Shown: positions 26,186-38,750 of the stretch, one piece after another
Numbering within the stretch: the first letter of the stretch is position 1
Layout of the letters: each line of letters starts with the position of its first letter
Origin: Felis catus
Lineage: Eukaryota
Length of the DNA: 64,000 bases
Reading direction: 5' to 3'
NCBI RefSeq assembly: GCF_018350175.1
Contig: NC_058368.1
Span: forward strand, 192,574,001-192,638,000
Translations under genes and position numbers: made by a program
The notes under the pieces: model-generated
Told to the model about the DNA's origin: nothing
What the model saw: only the letters and a program-made list of their open reading frames with translations
Databases searched by the model: none

Positions 26186-26880
26186 TCTCTGTTACTGAAT
26201 GTCCTAACAGCCCACACACACAGTGAGGGAGAGGTAATTAATTAACTGAAAAGGAATCAGGGCACTGTTTGCAGAAGAACTGGACACAGAAAGCTGGGGG
26301 GCAGGGAGCAAATATTCACCACAAATGGTCAGTCCTGAGCCTGCCTGTGTATAATATGCATCAAATTAATGGTGGCCATTGTTAAAATAAGTGTAACAGG
26401 ATATTAAAATGGAAGTGGCAGCGAGAGGCCAAGATATTATAGATGCCACATTCCAAAGTAAGGTACCAAACCAGGGTAGGCAAAAACTGGCTATTCTCAG
26501 TCCCTCACTGTGGCTGGTTTGAAAGGACTGGACGTAGTTGAGGATGAGGGGGACATTCTACAAAGCTGTTGATGTGCTGTGAGTCCCCCCCCCACACCCC
26601 ACTCTGTCCTCAAAAATGAATGCTGGAGGATACCTCCCCCTTCATCTCGCGATAGGAAGGTGACACTAAGAGAAACTACTCATAGAGCTCAAAATATGTC
26701 TCCCACCTTTCAGTGGACACAACAGGCTGCCATTTGACCCCCGCCTGTCCCACCGAATGGGATGCCTTTGCGCTGGTCCGCTGCTCTGACGGCAGAACGG
26801 AGCGGTAGGCCTGCACTGGGTACCCCTCTCCCAGAGCTTATTGGAACAAGGGCTGTGCAGTATGGTGTGGGCTCATATGG

Positions 26881-26886
<6 letters not shown>

Positions 26887-26922
<36 letters not shown>
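26887..26922. repeat. (GA)n microsatellite
   Basis: About 18 perfect GA units. Confidence 0.95.
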
Positions 26923-26926
<4 letters not shown>

Positions 26927-28509
26927 AAGCTTATCTCAGGGTCTGTTCCAAGGGGGTTCCTGGAGGGCAAGCCGAAAGGGGCTGGAGGAGGTCCTGCTGG
27001 ATGCCTAGGGGCTAAGGAAGGAGAAAGCCGCCCGCAAGTATGGAGCTGCACCCACCTTGCCAGGGACCTGCAGGTGAGGAGCTGCAGAGCCTCAGGGAGG
27101 GCGGAGCGAGCCTCGGAAGGGCCGCCCGAGGCCTCAAGTCCACTGTAGCTGCCCGCCCCGGACAAAGCGGCCACGGCGGGCTACCTTGGCAGGCAGCCAC
27201 TGTCTTCCCGCACTGCTCCAGCCCCGAAGGGTCAGAAATCAAGCTTATCGAATTCTGCGGGGAGGGGAGACGCACAAGGCAGGAGATAAAGAGGGAAGCC
27301 AAATATGCTTCCTCCTTGATTACAGGCTTCGCCAGATCTAACACACCCACAAGCTGGGGGTGCCGGCAGTAGGGAGAGGGCGCTGGCTCGAGCATGGTGT
27401 GGAGAGGCGAGGGTCGGGGGGACGGAACCAACCTGATATTTAGTGACTAGAGATGGCTGCAGGACTTTTCACTACCTAAAGGGACTAGAAAACTCTGGGC
27501 TCTGCCCCAGTTTTCATGCAGCGGCAGGAAAACCAGCCCCACAGAGCAAACAAAAAGGGACAGAGTGAGCAGCACACAAGTTCCTTCTGCATTGAAGTGT
27601 ACCTGTTGAGTATTCTAATAGAGTCCACTTGAGGAAAGACACTGGAGATGACATTTCAGATGGGTGGCCTTCACAGAGTGGGGGCTGAATGTTAGGCCTG
27701 AGGGTCTCGTAGGAAAACCCAGCCCCGTCATTTTGGGGCTTGGTGAGCCTGAGCCCAAGGTCACCCTTTGTTATGAGTCTTGGGTTCCAGCCTGGGCTGC
27801 ACAGCCCCAGATCTGCATAAAACCATCTCCAAAGGTTCTAGTACTTCTGACACATGTCACACCCCTCAAATGAGAAAAGGGAGTGTCTGAGGGGGCAAAT
27901 GATCTAGCCAAGCTCTCCAGGCTGGGTGGAAGAGGCTTTCTCCGTAGGCTCCTCAGCCTGGATTCTCAAATTCTGGCCATAACATGGTGGCACCTGGTGG
28001 TGCTGCTGTGATGTGTGTGGGTTATGGAAGCTGGGGCAGTGTGCTGAGGGTGACACACAGGGCTTCTGGGAATGGATGCGAAGAGGGCATAAATGAAGCA
28101 AGAAGAGGAGGGAATGAACTTCCAGGTCTCATTCCGGAACCAGTGAGCTTTCCAGAACTGGAAGGGCTGTGTATGACCAGGGACTTCCGGGGGGCTCAGT
28201 CTTGGCTCAGGCATGAGTAGATTGGAGCCCTGGATCTTCCTCTGGAGGGCTCTAGAAGGAGATGCATTTGGGATGAAGGGAAAAAAACTCCAGCCAAGGC
28301 GCCAAGAAGGAACACTTATGGCATAATGGTTGGGGGTGAGGGGAGGGGTGGAGATAGGAATTGTTCGATTTGGTTTAACAACAGGGTGTATGAGGGGACA
28401 CAGGCAGATAGGCTCTAAGGAAGGTTGTGGACAGGTGCTGGAGAGGGGTCCTTACAACACTCTGTGGGCAAAGGAGCGTCCTCAGAGGGGGCTGGGGAAG
28501 CAAGAGGTG

Positions 28510-28725
28510 TAGTAACAATAGCAAGTATTTGATGGTGTTTACTATGTGCTAGGCACTGTACTAAGCACTTTAACACATACTAGCTCAATTCATCCTCACT
28601 CAACCCTGTCAGGTAGTACTGATATTAAACACCCAGAGATGGCAGCAGAGTTTAGCCACTTACCCAAAGTTACACCCTGCTTGGAGTCAGGATTCCAACC
28701 CTAAAAATCTGACTCCAGAGCCCAC
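28510..28725. mobile_element. MIR
   Basis: TTTACTATGTGCTAGGCACTGTACTAAGCACTTT...CACTTACCCAAAGTTACAC...TCTGACTCCAGAGCCC. Confidence 0.7.
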
Positions 28726-29219
28726 TAAAGCTGGCCTCTCGGGCTGTGGAGGTTTTAGGAAGAGCGCCTAGTGGGCAGAGGTCGACTGGGGGAGGAGGTC
28801 CATGGGCAGCAAGAATTGTTAGATGCACGTGGGGTCCGCCCTTCAAGCAAAGTCAGAAGTATGGGGTCTGTGAAGAGCACATAGCGTTTGCCTGAATTTC
28901 TGAGGTTGGAAGAATCATGGAACAGAGTGGGAGATCCAGGGTGTCAGCTAGTTTAACCCTGTGTTTGCAGGTGGGAACACAGCCTCGGAGAGTCAGGGCG
29001 GATTGCCATGCAGCCCCGGATTCACCCCAGAGATCTTGACTCCAATGATGGAAACGGATTTGAAAAGACATGAACTATACTTCCTGGGACAACGTGATAT
29101 TCTGTAAGAAAAACCTTTTCAATAGGCATGTCCTTTGATACTTTTAGGACTTTGTCATCAGGAATATACATGCAAAGATACAGGTCGCAGAATGTTTCAT
29201 TAAGAACAATTCAGTCATT

Positions 29220-29450
29220 GGGACGCCTGGGTGGCTCAGTTGGTTAAGTGTCCCACTTCAGCTCAGGTCATGATCTCACAGTTTATGAGTTTGAGCCCCA
29301 TGTGAGGCTCTGTGCTAACAACTCGGAGCCTGGAGCCTGCTTCGGATTCTGTGTCTCCCTCTGTCTCTGTTCCTTCCCAGCTCGCACTCTGTCTCTCTGT
29401 CTCTCTGTCTCTCTCTCTCAAAAACAAATAAAGATTAAAAACAAATTTAA
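29220..29450 (+). mobile_element. Can-SINE (SINEC_Fc-like)
   Basis: Typical body; TSD AAGAA(C/T)AATTCAGTCATT. Confidence 0.95.
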
Positions 29451-29985
29451 AGAATAATTCAGTCATTATAAAAATTTCCAATAATGGGGAATTGGTTAAG
29501 TGAATGATGATAGAGCTACCTGAATACTATGCAATCTTAAAATGTAATCATGTTGTAATTCACGAGTTCTTAACCTGGGATACCCAATCGGGTTTCAGGG
29601 GACTGTGAACCTCCCACCATTGTGGGTATAATATGGGAATGTGGATTTTTCTGGGAAGTGGGTCCATAGCCTGCTTAAAATTTTCAAAGGGATCTGTGAT
29701 CAAAATAGGCAAAAAACAAAAAACAACCCCCCCCCTACTCTTACAGAAGAATATTGATAAAACCTCTTATCTAAGAAGGTAGACAAGAGAGTGTCAACAA
29801 TTCTCAACCAATGACCAGGTTTGTTTTATTTCCACGGCCACCAAGTGCACCCTCTTGTGTTATTTGGAAGGGAACCCCAGACACTATTTGACATAGAAAC
29901 TGCTCAGAGTGTATCTCTAGAAGGACTGTGTAAAAAACAGAATAGGCACCATGTCATTGTCATACTTAAAAACTAACGATAATTC

Positions 29986-30195
29986 TTTAAAAAAATTTTT
30001 AAGTGTATTTATTTGTTTTGAGAGAGAGTGAGTGTGAGCAGGGAAGACACAAAAAGGGAGAGAGAGAATCCCAAGCAGGCTCTGCACTGTCAGCACAGAG
30101 CCCGACGTGGGGCTCGAACCCACGAACCATGAGACCATGACCTGAGTCGAAATCAAGAGTCAGATGCTCAACCAACTGAACCACCCAGGCAACCC
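29986..30195 (-). mobile_element. Can-SINE
   Basis: Typical body; TSD GATAATTCTTTA. Confidence 0.93.
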
Positions 30196-31869
30196 ATGAT
30201 AATTCTTTATTATCATCAAATATCCAGGTAATATAAAGTAAATGATATTCATTGACCAGAAAATAAAAAATAAAAATAAAATAAATAAATAAAACTCACA
30301 ACCCCTTGCTAAGTGAGCAAGACAAAACAGGATAGACTCTACGACTCCATTTTGAAAACCACACACATCATAGTGGTGACAGCTATTTGGGGGTGGTAGG
30401 GTTATAGCTGTTTTCTTCTCTTCCCCAAGTTCTCCATATTACTTTTCGAGTTTAAAAAAAAAGAAGAACAAAAGGGTAGATTTCTTTTAAAATTTCTAAA
30501 TCCTCTGATTCAGCATCTAAGTTTCAAGATCTTATCCTGTTCCAGCTTGAGATGGAGTGGACCCAGACACCCAGAGAAGTTCAGGGTCTCAGCCACAATC
30601 AGCAGGGAGGGGAGCTATGAAGGGGGCTAGGAAGGTCTGACTGGCTTTCCCAGCCTCTTGAGAGGAAATGTAGAAGCAGAGGTTCTGGAACATCTCTCAA
30701 GCTCTGGTCCCTGATGTCCTGCCACCTCCACCCTCTTACCTTCCCACCTTTATCAAGCCTCACACGTTTGGGGCACTTTGCTGCTGGAGTTGACAGACCA
30801 AACGAAACAGAGGCGGGCAGCAGATAACCAGGGCCCTTTCTGGCCACACATCGGCCTGTTGGCTTGTCGGGCCTGGAAGAGAAGGCGTCTTGTTTCCCCA
30901 ACACATTCCAGAGTCATGTCCCCCAGCTGCGTGGCCTCCTGGCCAGATCCCAATCCAGCCACTCAGGTCTTCCTTGATTGGGACAAAAAGTGAATGAAAG
31001 AGCTGAACTTGTGAGGCTCCTTTTTCCAAAGGCACAAATCTCAGTTTTTCTGTGTGACCTTGGGCGAGTCCTTCTCCTCTCTGGGCCCAGGTTTCTGCAT
31101 CTGGACAGAAAGATAGATCATTTGTGAGATGTTCTGCCCCCTCCACCCACCCAACTTTTTCGGTCAGAGTTTCTACATTTAGCAGAAATGGGAAGTGGGT
31201 CCACCACACCTCTAAATGTCAGCCTGGAATTTCAAGGCTGCCTCAGGCCACAGGGTGAAGGCCAGACGCTAAAACCTTTTTTTGGGAAAGAGTTCATAAG
31301 ACAGACATTGCAGCTCAAGACCTAGGACACACACACATACTTAATATAAAGGTTCCATGCAGTAACATCTACCCTTCCTTCGTGAGAGGCCCTCTGATAG
31401 CTTCTATCCTATTCTTTAAAAAAAAAAAAAATTCTGATTGCAATCTAGCAAGGTGTTTTCCCAATGAGGAAACAGGGATCATGCCCAAGTTGAAAAACAC
31501 GGATTCATGCAGCTAGGCCTCTATTTCTAAGGTGGTACCAGTCCCGACAAACACAAATGGGTTTTCTCTATTTTTTTTTTTTTCAAATGGATTCTATATG
31601 AACTGAGTTTCCTAGACTTTTATGTGTCTCTGAATCCCTTGAAATATTTTAAAAATGCAAATTCTGATTCAGTGGGTCTGAGGTGAAGCTAAGATTCTGT
31701 ATTTCTAATTAGCCCTCAAGGTGATTCCATGCGGGGTTAGCGAACAGGTATCTCTGATACCCATTTCACTGGTTCCATTTCATTCTTACCAATGGAGAAA
31801 TTTTCTCCTCAGTCTTTCCTTCCTCTCTCTTTCCTTCTTTTTTCTATCCTTTCATAAATGTGTTTAAAG

Positions 31870-32090
31870 AATCCACGGGTTCAAAGCACATCTTTGCCTC
31901 TTACTAGCTGGGGAAGCTTGGACAAGTTACTTAAGTTTTCTGTGCCTCAGTTTCTTTACCTGCAAAATGGGGATAATGAGTGCAGTTTTCTGATGAAGTA
32001 CTTTTGAGATGTGAATGAGATCAACCATGTAACGTTCTTAATATGTTGCCTATCACATTATGAGTGTCAAATAAATGTTATTGTTGGGGT
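31870..32090. mobile_element. MIR
   Basis: CTTGGACAAGTTACTTAA..TCTGTGCCTCAGTTTC..CTGCAAAATGGGGATAAT core. Confidence 0.8.
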
Positions 32091-32199
32091 AATTATTATT
32101 TTTATTGCCCAAGTTACCTTGGTACTTTTTCTTATTGACTGTCTCCTCTCACAGGAATTATTTTTCATGTTATATATTTAGTTTGGAGTATGAATTTAT

Positions 32200-32382
32200 T
32201 TCATTTCATTTCATTTTATGGAGAAAGCATGAGCCAGGGAGAGGGGCAGAGGGAGAGAGAGAATTGTAAGCAGGTTTCACACTCAGCACAGAGCCCAATG
32301 CTGGGCTCAATCCCATGACCCCGGTATCATGACCTGAGCCAAAATCAAGAGTCTGATGCTCAATGGAGCCACCCAGGTGCCC
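32200..32382 (-). mobile_element. Can-SINE
   Basis: Typical body; TSD TGAATTTATTT. Confidence 0.9.
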
Positions 32383-32631
32383 TGAATTTATTTTTTAGTT
32401 ATACACCATTACAGTAAGTGTGAAAGTAGAGGAAAGGCAAAATTATCATCCATAATTCCAATGATTCCATCAACGATGATTATTTTGGGATGTCTTCTTG
32501 CATATGCCTATGTGATGGCCCTGGTTTCTAGTTGATGCCCGAGTGCAAATTTCTTTTATAAAACCCAGTGAAATCTCTCACTTGCATTTGGATGTGGATT
32601 CATGCTATTTGTTTTGTCTAAAGCCTTTCTT

Positions 32632-32843
32632 GGGGTGCCTCGGTGGCTCAGACGGTTGAGCGTCCAACTCTTGATTGCAGATCAGGTCATGATCCCTGGG
32701 TCAGGGGATTGAGCCCCGTGTTGGGCTCTGTGGTGAGCATGGAGCCTGCTTGAGATTCTTTTTCTTTCTCTCCCTCTGGCCCTCTCCACCACTCACGTGT
32801 TCTCTCGCACGCGTGCAAATAAAAAAAACCTTTTTTTTAAATA
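32632..32843 (+). mobile_element. Can-SINE
   Basis: GGGGTGCCTCGGTGGCTCAG head; TSD TAAAGCCTTTCTT. Confidence 0.92.
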
Positions 32844-33604
32844 AAGCCTTTCTTATTTTAAAGGGGAAAAAAAAGCCCAGTATATTTAATTTTGTCTCCT
32901 GCTTTTTAAACTCAACATTATGCTATATTCACATTTTTCCTAGAAATCCATTCTAAAAATATAAATGGGAGTAGTGCCAACTATGACAACTATGACTTCT
33001 AGAAGCAAATCATCCCGACAGACGTGATTGGCATTTGACTCCAGGGCTAGCTCTGGCAGAGGACATGTGACTTAGCACCTTACAGACACACAGACTTTTG
33101 GGACTTAATGGTCTCTGGGGAGGATCTGGGGGCTGGGAGCACAGAGCTGAGATCAGAAAACATGGCCTTCCTTATGGAGCATAGCAAGGGACTTAACTCA
33201 GGTGCAGAAGCTATTTTACTTCCATTTTACTAATTTAAGTGAGACTTTATTTTTAAAATTCCATGTGCCAGCTCTCCTCCTAAAAGATTGTTCCTTCAAC
33301 CACATCTTGCTGAGCATTGACTGTGTGATGATTAACTTCTAGATGATCACAGTGCCAGAAGCATCTCCTCAGAGTTGTCTATATTAAGCAAGTTACCATT
33401 CGTTCAATCAAATATTTACTTAGTGATCTCTAGGCCTATGTACTATGCCAAGTGCTAGGGATACACTGGTGAATAGAATGGATTTGACTCCTCGCCTCAT
33501 GGGGTTTATAACCTCATTATGGCGAGTTATCTATTTAGATGAAGCCTGATGAGCACCATATACTACTGACAAACCATTAAAGCACCATTAAAACTGATGA
33601 ACAT

Positions 33605-33808
33605 GGGGCACCTGGGTGGCTCAGTTAAGCGTCTGACTTTGCCTCAGGTCATGATCTCACAGTTCATGAGTTCGAGCCCCGTGTCGGGCTCTGTGCTGAC
33701 AGCTCAGAGCTTGGAGCCTGTTTCAGATTCTGTGTCCTCCTCTCTCTCTGCCTCCCCCGCTCACGCTCTCCCTCTCTCTATCAAAAATAAATACACTTAA
33801 AAAAAAAA
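33605..33808 (+). mobile_element. Can-SINE
   Basis: Typical body; TSD CTGAT(G/A)AACAT. Confidence 0.93.
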
Positions 33809-34004
33809 CCTGATAAACATGAACTCTGTGTAACAGGAAAGAGTCTTAGTATACGGTATTTGGGGGTGAGGGAGTGAAACAGGTGGCAGGTTCATATTCT
33901 TTAATGACAGTACATTATTGTTGTTAAAGTATTGTTTGTTGGAGAAATAAAAAATATTTTCAGGGTATTAACTATCCCTCTCCCACTCTCAACACACACA
34001 TCAT

Positions 34005-34200
34005 TACAGTGGTTAAAAACAAGGACTTTGGAGTCAATAGAGACCTGGGCTTGAATCCTACTTCTCCAGTGTCCTAGCTGAGTGACCTTGGGTCTATCTG
34101 CATATCTATAGAATGGAGTTAACAGCCTCACTTCCAGGATTAAATGGGAGATGTGTGCACAGTGCACGACACACAGTAAGAGCTTAATGCAGCTGTCGAT
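34005..34200. mobile_element. MIR
   Basis: AGTGGTTAAAAAC..GACTTTGGAGTCA..GACCTGGGCTTGAATCC tRNA-like head. Confidence 0.75.
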
Positions 34201-37200
34201 GTTCGTGTGCTGTGACAGAAGGGGAGGGGTCTGCCTCATGGTTTCAGGAAAGAACTGCACACTTGTGAACTGCAAACAGCTCAGCATCCTCTTTCTTGGG
34301 CTGTTCATGCAATTTTGCTAGAGTCTTCAAAAATCTCCTCTGCTCATTCCGTTTGGTACAAGGTGAGGACCACCCGACTGACTTCCAATCCACAGTGGCG
34401 GCCGGGCTGCCTCAGGCAAGGACAACCCTAACCTAATATCAAACAGAGCAAGCAGAAAGCTGTCAGATCAAGTGACAAGACATGGGAAAAAGAAAGCATA
34501 TCCATGTTTAAACGTCAAGAGTCCCAGTGACAAATATATCTGAGTTTATGCAATTACATTTTTTCCCCTAGAGCAGAAAATGAAAAATAGAATGTTAGGG
34601 TTGGAAGTGACTTTAGAAATCATCTAAACCACAGCTTCGTATAACCAATTATTTCTTTCAGCGGATATTTTTTGGAGGTCCTACTATGTGCCAGTTGTGT
34701 GTTGGGTGCTAAGGGTCGGACAGGTGAAGATAAGAGCATTGTCTCTTTTTGGAGTCTGTAGGGTTCTTTGGAGAAAGCTACAGCCCAGGGAGTTGAAATA
34801 GTTTGTTAGGATCCAGAAAACTGTCATTTCTTCCTCTACTTTTCTATATTTTCTAAATTTTCCACAAAAGACATGTATCACATTTAACTGTGTGTTTATA
34901 TTGACTTTGCTAGAGTCACGCAGCTAACAAGAAAATATATTTGTTGGTAAATAGGTTCCTCTTGAGCCCCTACCATGTTCATGCAAGTTGTAGTCTCAAA
35001 GCACGGTTCCTGCATCAGAATGAGCTGTATTGGAAATGCATATCCTGTGCCCATCCCAATCCTGCAAATTTCCCCGCCTTGGAAACATGTTCAACAAGGG
35101 GATTGTAATACCCGTTCGACTTCAAGAACCAATGCCAATGAGAACCAATCATAGCATGATTCCCATGTAGCAAAGAAAGCAGCAATGATTTTTTTTAATT
35201 GGTCTCAGAAATTTAAATGAATGAACTAAGTTCATGAAAACAAACACATTTATCTTTTATTGGAATAAAGTCAACTCCTCCCTTTTTTTCCTCTAGTGCC
35301 ACAGCTAATTGCATCCATTACGTGTTTTTAACAGGTGCTATAAATCAGTGTGCCCCTGAGACGGGGTGTGTGGGGGGGGGAGTGGGGAGGCTAGAGGGAG
35401 GGGGCATCCTCCATCTGACAACAGGGGATACTAAACAAGTGGCACATGGCCTTAGAGCAAGCAGCCCAAGCTCTCTCACTGCGTGCTTCCGTCCCGCACC
35501 AGCGCCTGCTTGCCTCTGGTTGCATAACAGCCTTTTCCTGGCCCTACAAATCACAGCCCTGTCCCAGTTCTGGAGCGGGCGCCCTTTACACTGCCCAGCC
35601 CCACAGCCCTCGGCATTTGTAACCTCTCTCTTTTCCAGGTTATCATCATCTGTCAGATCTGAAGTTAAACAACAAGAAACATGTCAGGTGAGTGGCTGGG
35701 AGAGACACTTGGCTGTTTATGAGAAATATTCCATTACAATCTGACGCAAAATGTTAGGACGCATCTGCCAGCGCTGAGACTGAGAAAGTTCCCCTTCTCT
35801 GCAAGCAAGCTGATTAGTGTGTGGTTCCAACCCATGTTTATCCTCTCTGGCTCCGTGGCAAAGGCTCGGAAAAACCTGGCTCGGGTGATTCCTGGTTGCC
35901 TGGTACAGTCAGATTCATTCAATTAGGATACCCAGTTTGAGACATAATGGGTTTTGGCGAGCTCCATAGACTGATTGGTTTTTATACACATGCACAGAAA
36001 GATTTGATTTCCTCTGTGGAATTTATAGCAGGGGAGAGGAGGTAATTAAATTAATTTCTGCTCTGGTTTCTAGGCTTTCCTTTCTGTTCTCTCTTCTCCT
36101 GCCACCTTTGTTGTTCTTTTTAAAATAGACTTTCCGAGGGCCTTGCTTGCATGGATGAAAATGAATTTACTAACTACCAGCAGTTGGTTTGAGTTTGGGG
36201 GTGATTTCCACTGTGACTTCGTGGTTTTTGCTCCATGATCTGAATGGTGTTGGGAAGAGAATGGGGACAATCTTGTGCCCAGTGGTGTGTGTAGGTGATC
36301 TGATGGGGGTGTGGGTGTGGAGTTCATGTGGCTAGGGAGTGACCTTCCCACCAGGAAGGGGTGGTTGGACTGGACTTTCTGGAAGGGAGCTGCCTCTCAC
36401 GTTCGATAATGAGGGGAAACAAAAGGATGCTTCCCTTTTCTTCAGTTACCAGGTATGCCTTTCTCCCTTATTTCTGCTTTTCCCACCTTCTGTTTGGTTT
36501 CTCATCCTCCTGCTCCAGAACCACATTCTGATGCAGCAGGGGGATCTGTAGAGCAGAGGGAGCAGACGCTGGGGAAGGTGCTGGTCAGACAGGCCAACTA
36601 TGCCTGCCCCACCCCTTGTCCCTCCCAAAACCCTTTTATCCTCTCATCCACCCCTGACTTTTTAAGCAAGGATTTCTCTCCTTAAACTAAAGAGACAAAG
36701 AAGACCCCTGAGAGATTTAAAAATTCAATGGAAAAAGCAAAGAAGAAAAAAAAAAACCACTAAGCACTTAACTTCTCTCCCAAAGGACAAGAGAGCCTGC
36801 CAATTCCCCAGCAACGCCAGAGCTAAGCATTTTCCCAGTGTCAACATTAAATCCCTTTTTTGTGTTTCTCTCTTAAAGTGTGTTTACAATTGACCATTAT
36901 GTGAAAGATGACGGATGTTGCCTGGCCCCGTTTAAAATAATAAGACTAATAATGATGCAGTTTCTTGCCCGCAGACTCAGTTTCCGAATGCCTATCTGCA
37001 GAAGGAAAGAGTTGAGGAGGCCAGAATATTCACCAGTAAGTGTAGCTGGCCACTGACCCATCCCCCCAGTCCAGTGCCCAAACATTTGAGTTCCTATGGA
37101 CTTCTCCATCAGACAAGCACAGATTTCTCAAGAGTAATACCTCGGCCTCCAGGCACCTTTAAAAGTCGGTGTCTTGCTCCGGTCCTGTCAGCAGCTGTAC

Positions 37201-38249
37201 AAAGTGTGGATCCCATTCCCCATTCCATTTTAGATTGGAAGAAATGAGGCTCGAGAAGGAGGAGCCCTTCTTATACCCCCAGCCCCAAGTTTTAAGGTGG
37301 GATAATGGGAGAACAATCCTGTCACCTCACCATTTCTGACCGATTCTACCTCCTACCAGTTCTTAATCTTCCAGAACAGATCAGGTTGACCCGACTGGGT
37401 TTTCTCTACTGAAACGTATTGCATTTCTTTGAACTGAATACTACCATGTATAGGTCACTCTTGCCAGGTAGTGGTTGAGGGCCCAGGCTTGCGGTGGAAA
37501 CCTGTAGATTGGGATGAGATGCTGCACAACCTCAAATTTCCACCACCATTCTTGCATTGCTCCAGCGTGTGCAAAAGTTTGGAGTGAATCGCCAACACCC
37601 TCTCCCTGAGATAGCTGTGCTTAGAGGAATAAGTCTGGAACTGAGGTCCTGCCCTCCCCCCCCTTTCCTTCCCATGGGGATGCTGCCAGAGAAGTGCACA
37701 ATCCCTAGTAAAAAAAGACGGAGAGATGTGGCTCAACCATGCATTTCCGGGAGAAAGCATATTCCAGGATTGCTGGTGAAGGCCCTGTGCTTCCGCTGTG
37801 TTTGGACTACAGGGCTCCCCAGCCCATGGTGGCATCTGTGTTTGGGGACAGGGTCCCAGCTCCAGCTTTCCCCCAACCCTCAGCCTACCCTGGTAGGCTA
37901 GCAGCAGGATCCAAAAGATAGGTGGAATGGATTGATTTCATCCTTCCAAGGCACTCACGGTTGGATTGAAAAAGGAAACAAATTCTCTGACCTGGGAAGA
38001 AACGTCAGGCCAGGCGGTGAAATTGACCTTGGTGACACTGACCAGAGATAAGCCTCTTGGTGTAAAACAGCCTGGCACACAATTGATCAATTGTGGACCA
38101 GCGCCAGTGACCTGCAACCTAGCACCATGAAACTAACCAGCGTGCAATTAACGAACAACCTGGAACCCTTAAAACAGAGGGTGCACAACAACTGACCACT
38201 TGAAACTCATAGCTGCCAGGCTAAGCAGAATGAAATTGCCCCGAAGCAA

Positions 38250-38750
38250 TGGGACTGCGTGGAAAGGAACCGGGAAATCCACCTGCCCGCGAACAGGCAA
38301 CTAACCACGCGAGGGACTGGAGCAGGGAGGGGGTTGTCTCCCGCTCGAGCTCCGGAGAAGCTGACCGGAGCTGCCTCGGGACGAGGCAGGGGGGGAGGGG
38401 GATGAAGGGGGTGTCCGGTGCTTTTAATTTACGGCCTGCGCCCAAACGATCCCATAAATTTGGGGGCCGTTTTCACCAAAACTGTGAGTTACGATTTTTC
38501 AAATAAATACGTTTTCCAATCAGACGGGGTTCTGTTTAGGTTGAACGTGTCCTGAAGCAGACATCTCTCTGCGCGGAAAATACACAGAGGAGGAAACGGA
38601 GCCGGGACGAAGCTTAGACGACATAAAAACTTGTGTAAACACGTTGTCATTTACGGACATCGGAAGGGAAAGGAAAGGGAATGGGGGAGGAAGATGTTTA
38701 ATTCTCCCGGACTCCTTAGGTCCCAGCCCCGAGGGAAGACACGGAAAATT
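38250..38750. promoter_or_regulatory. Upstream CpG island with HOX/CDX-type motifs
   Basis: CpG-rich, non-repetitive; TTTACGG/CCATAAA motifs. Confidence 0.65.

Noticed and set aside
26710..27431. Overlapping 110-154-aa ORFs as a processed pseudogene
   Set aside because: No recognisable protein, poly(A) tail or TSD; the ER/LS runs come from a (GA)n microsatellite.
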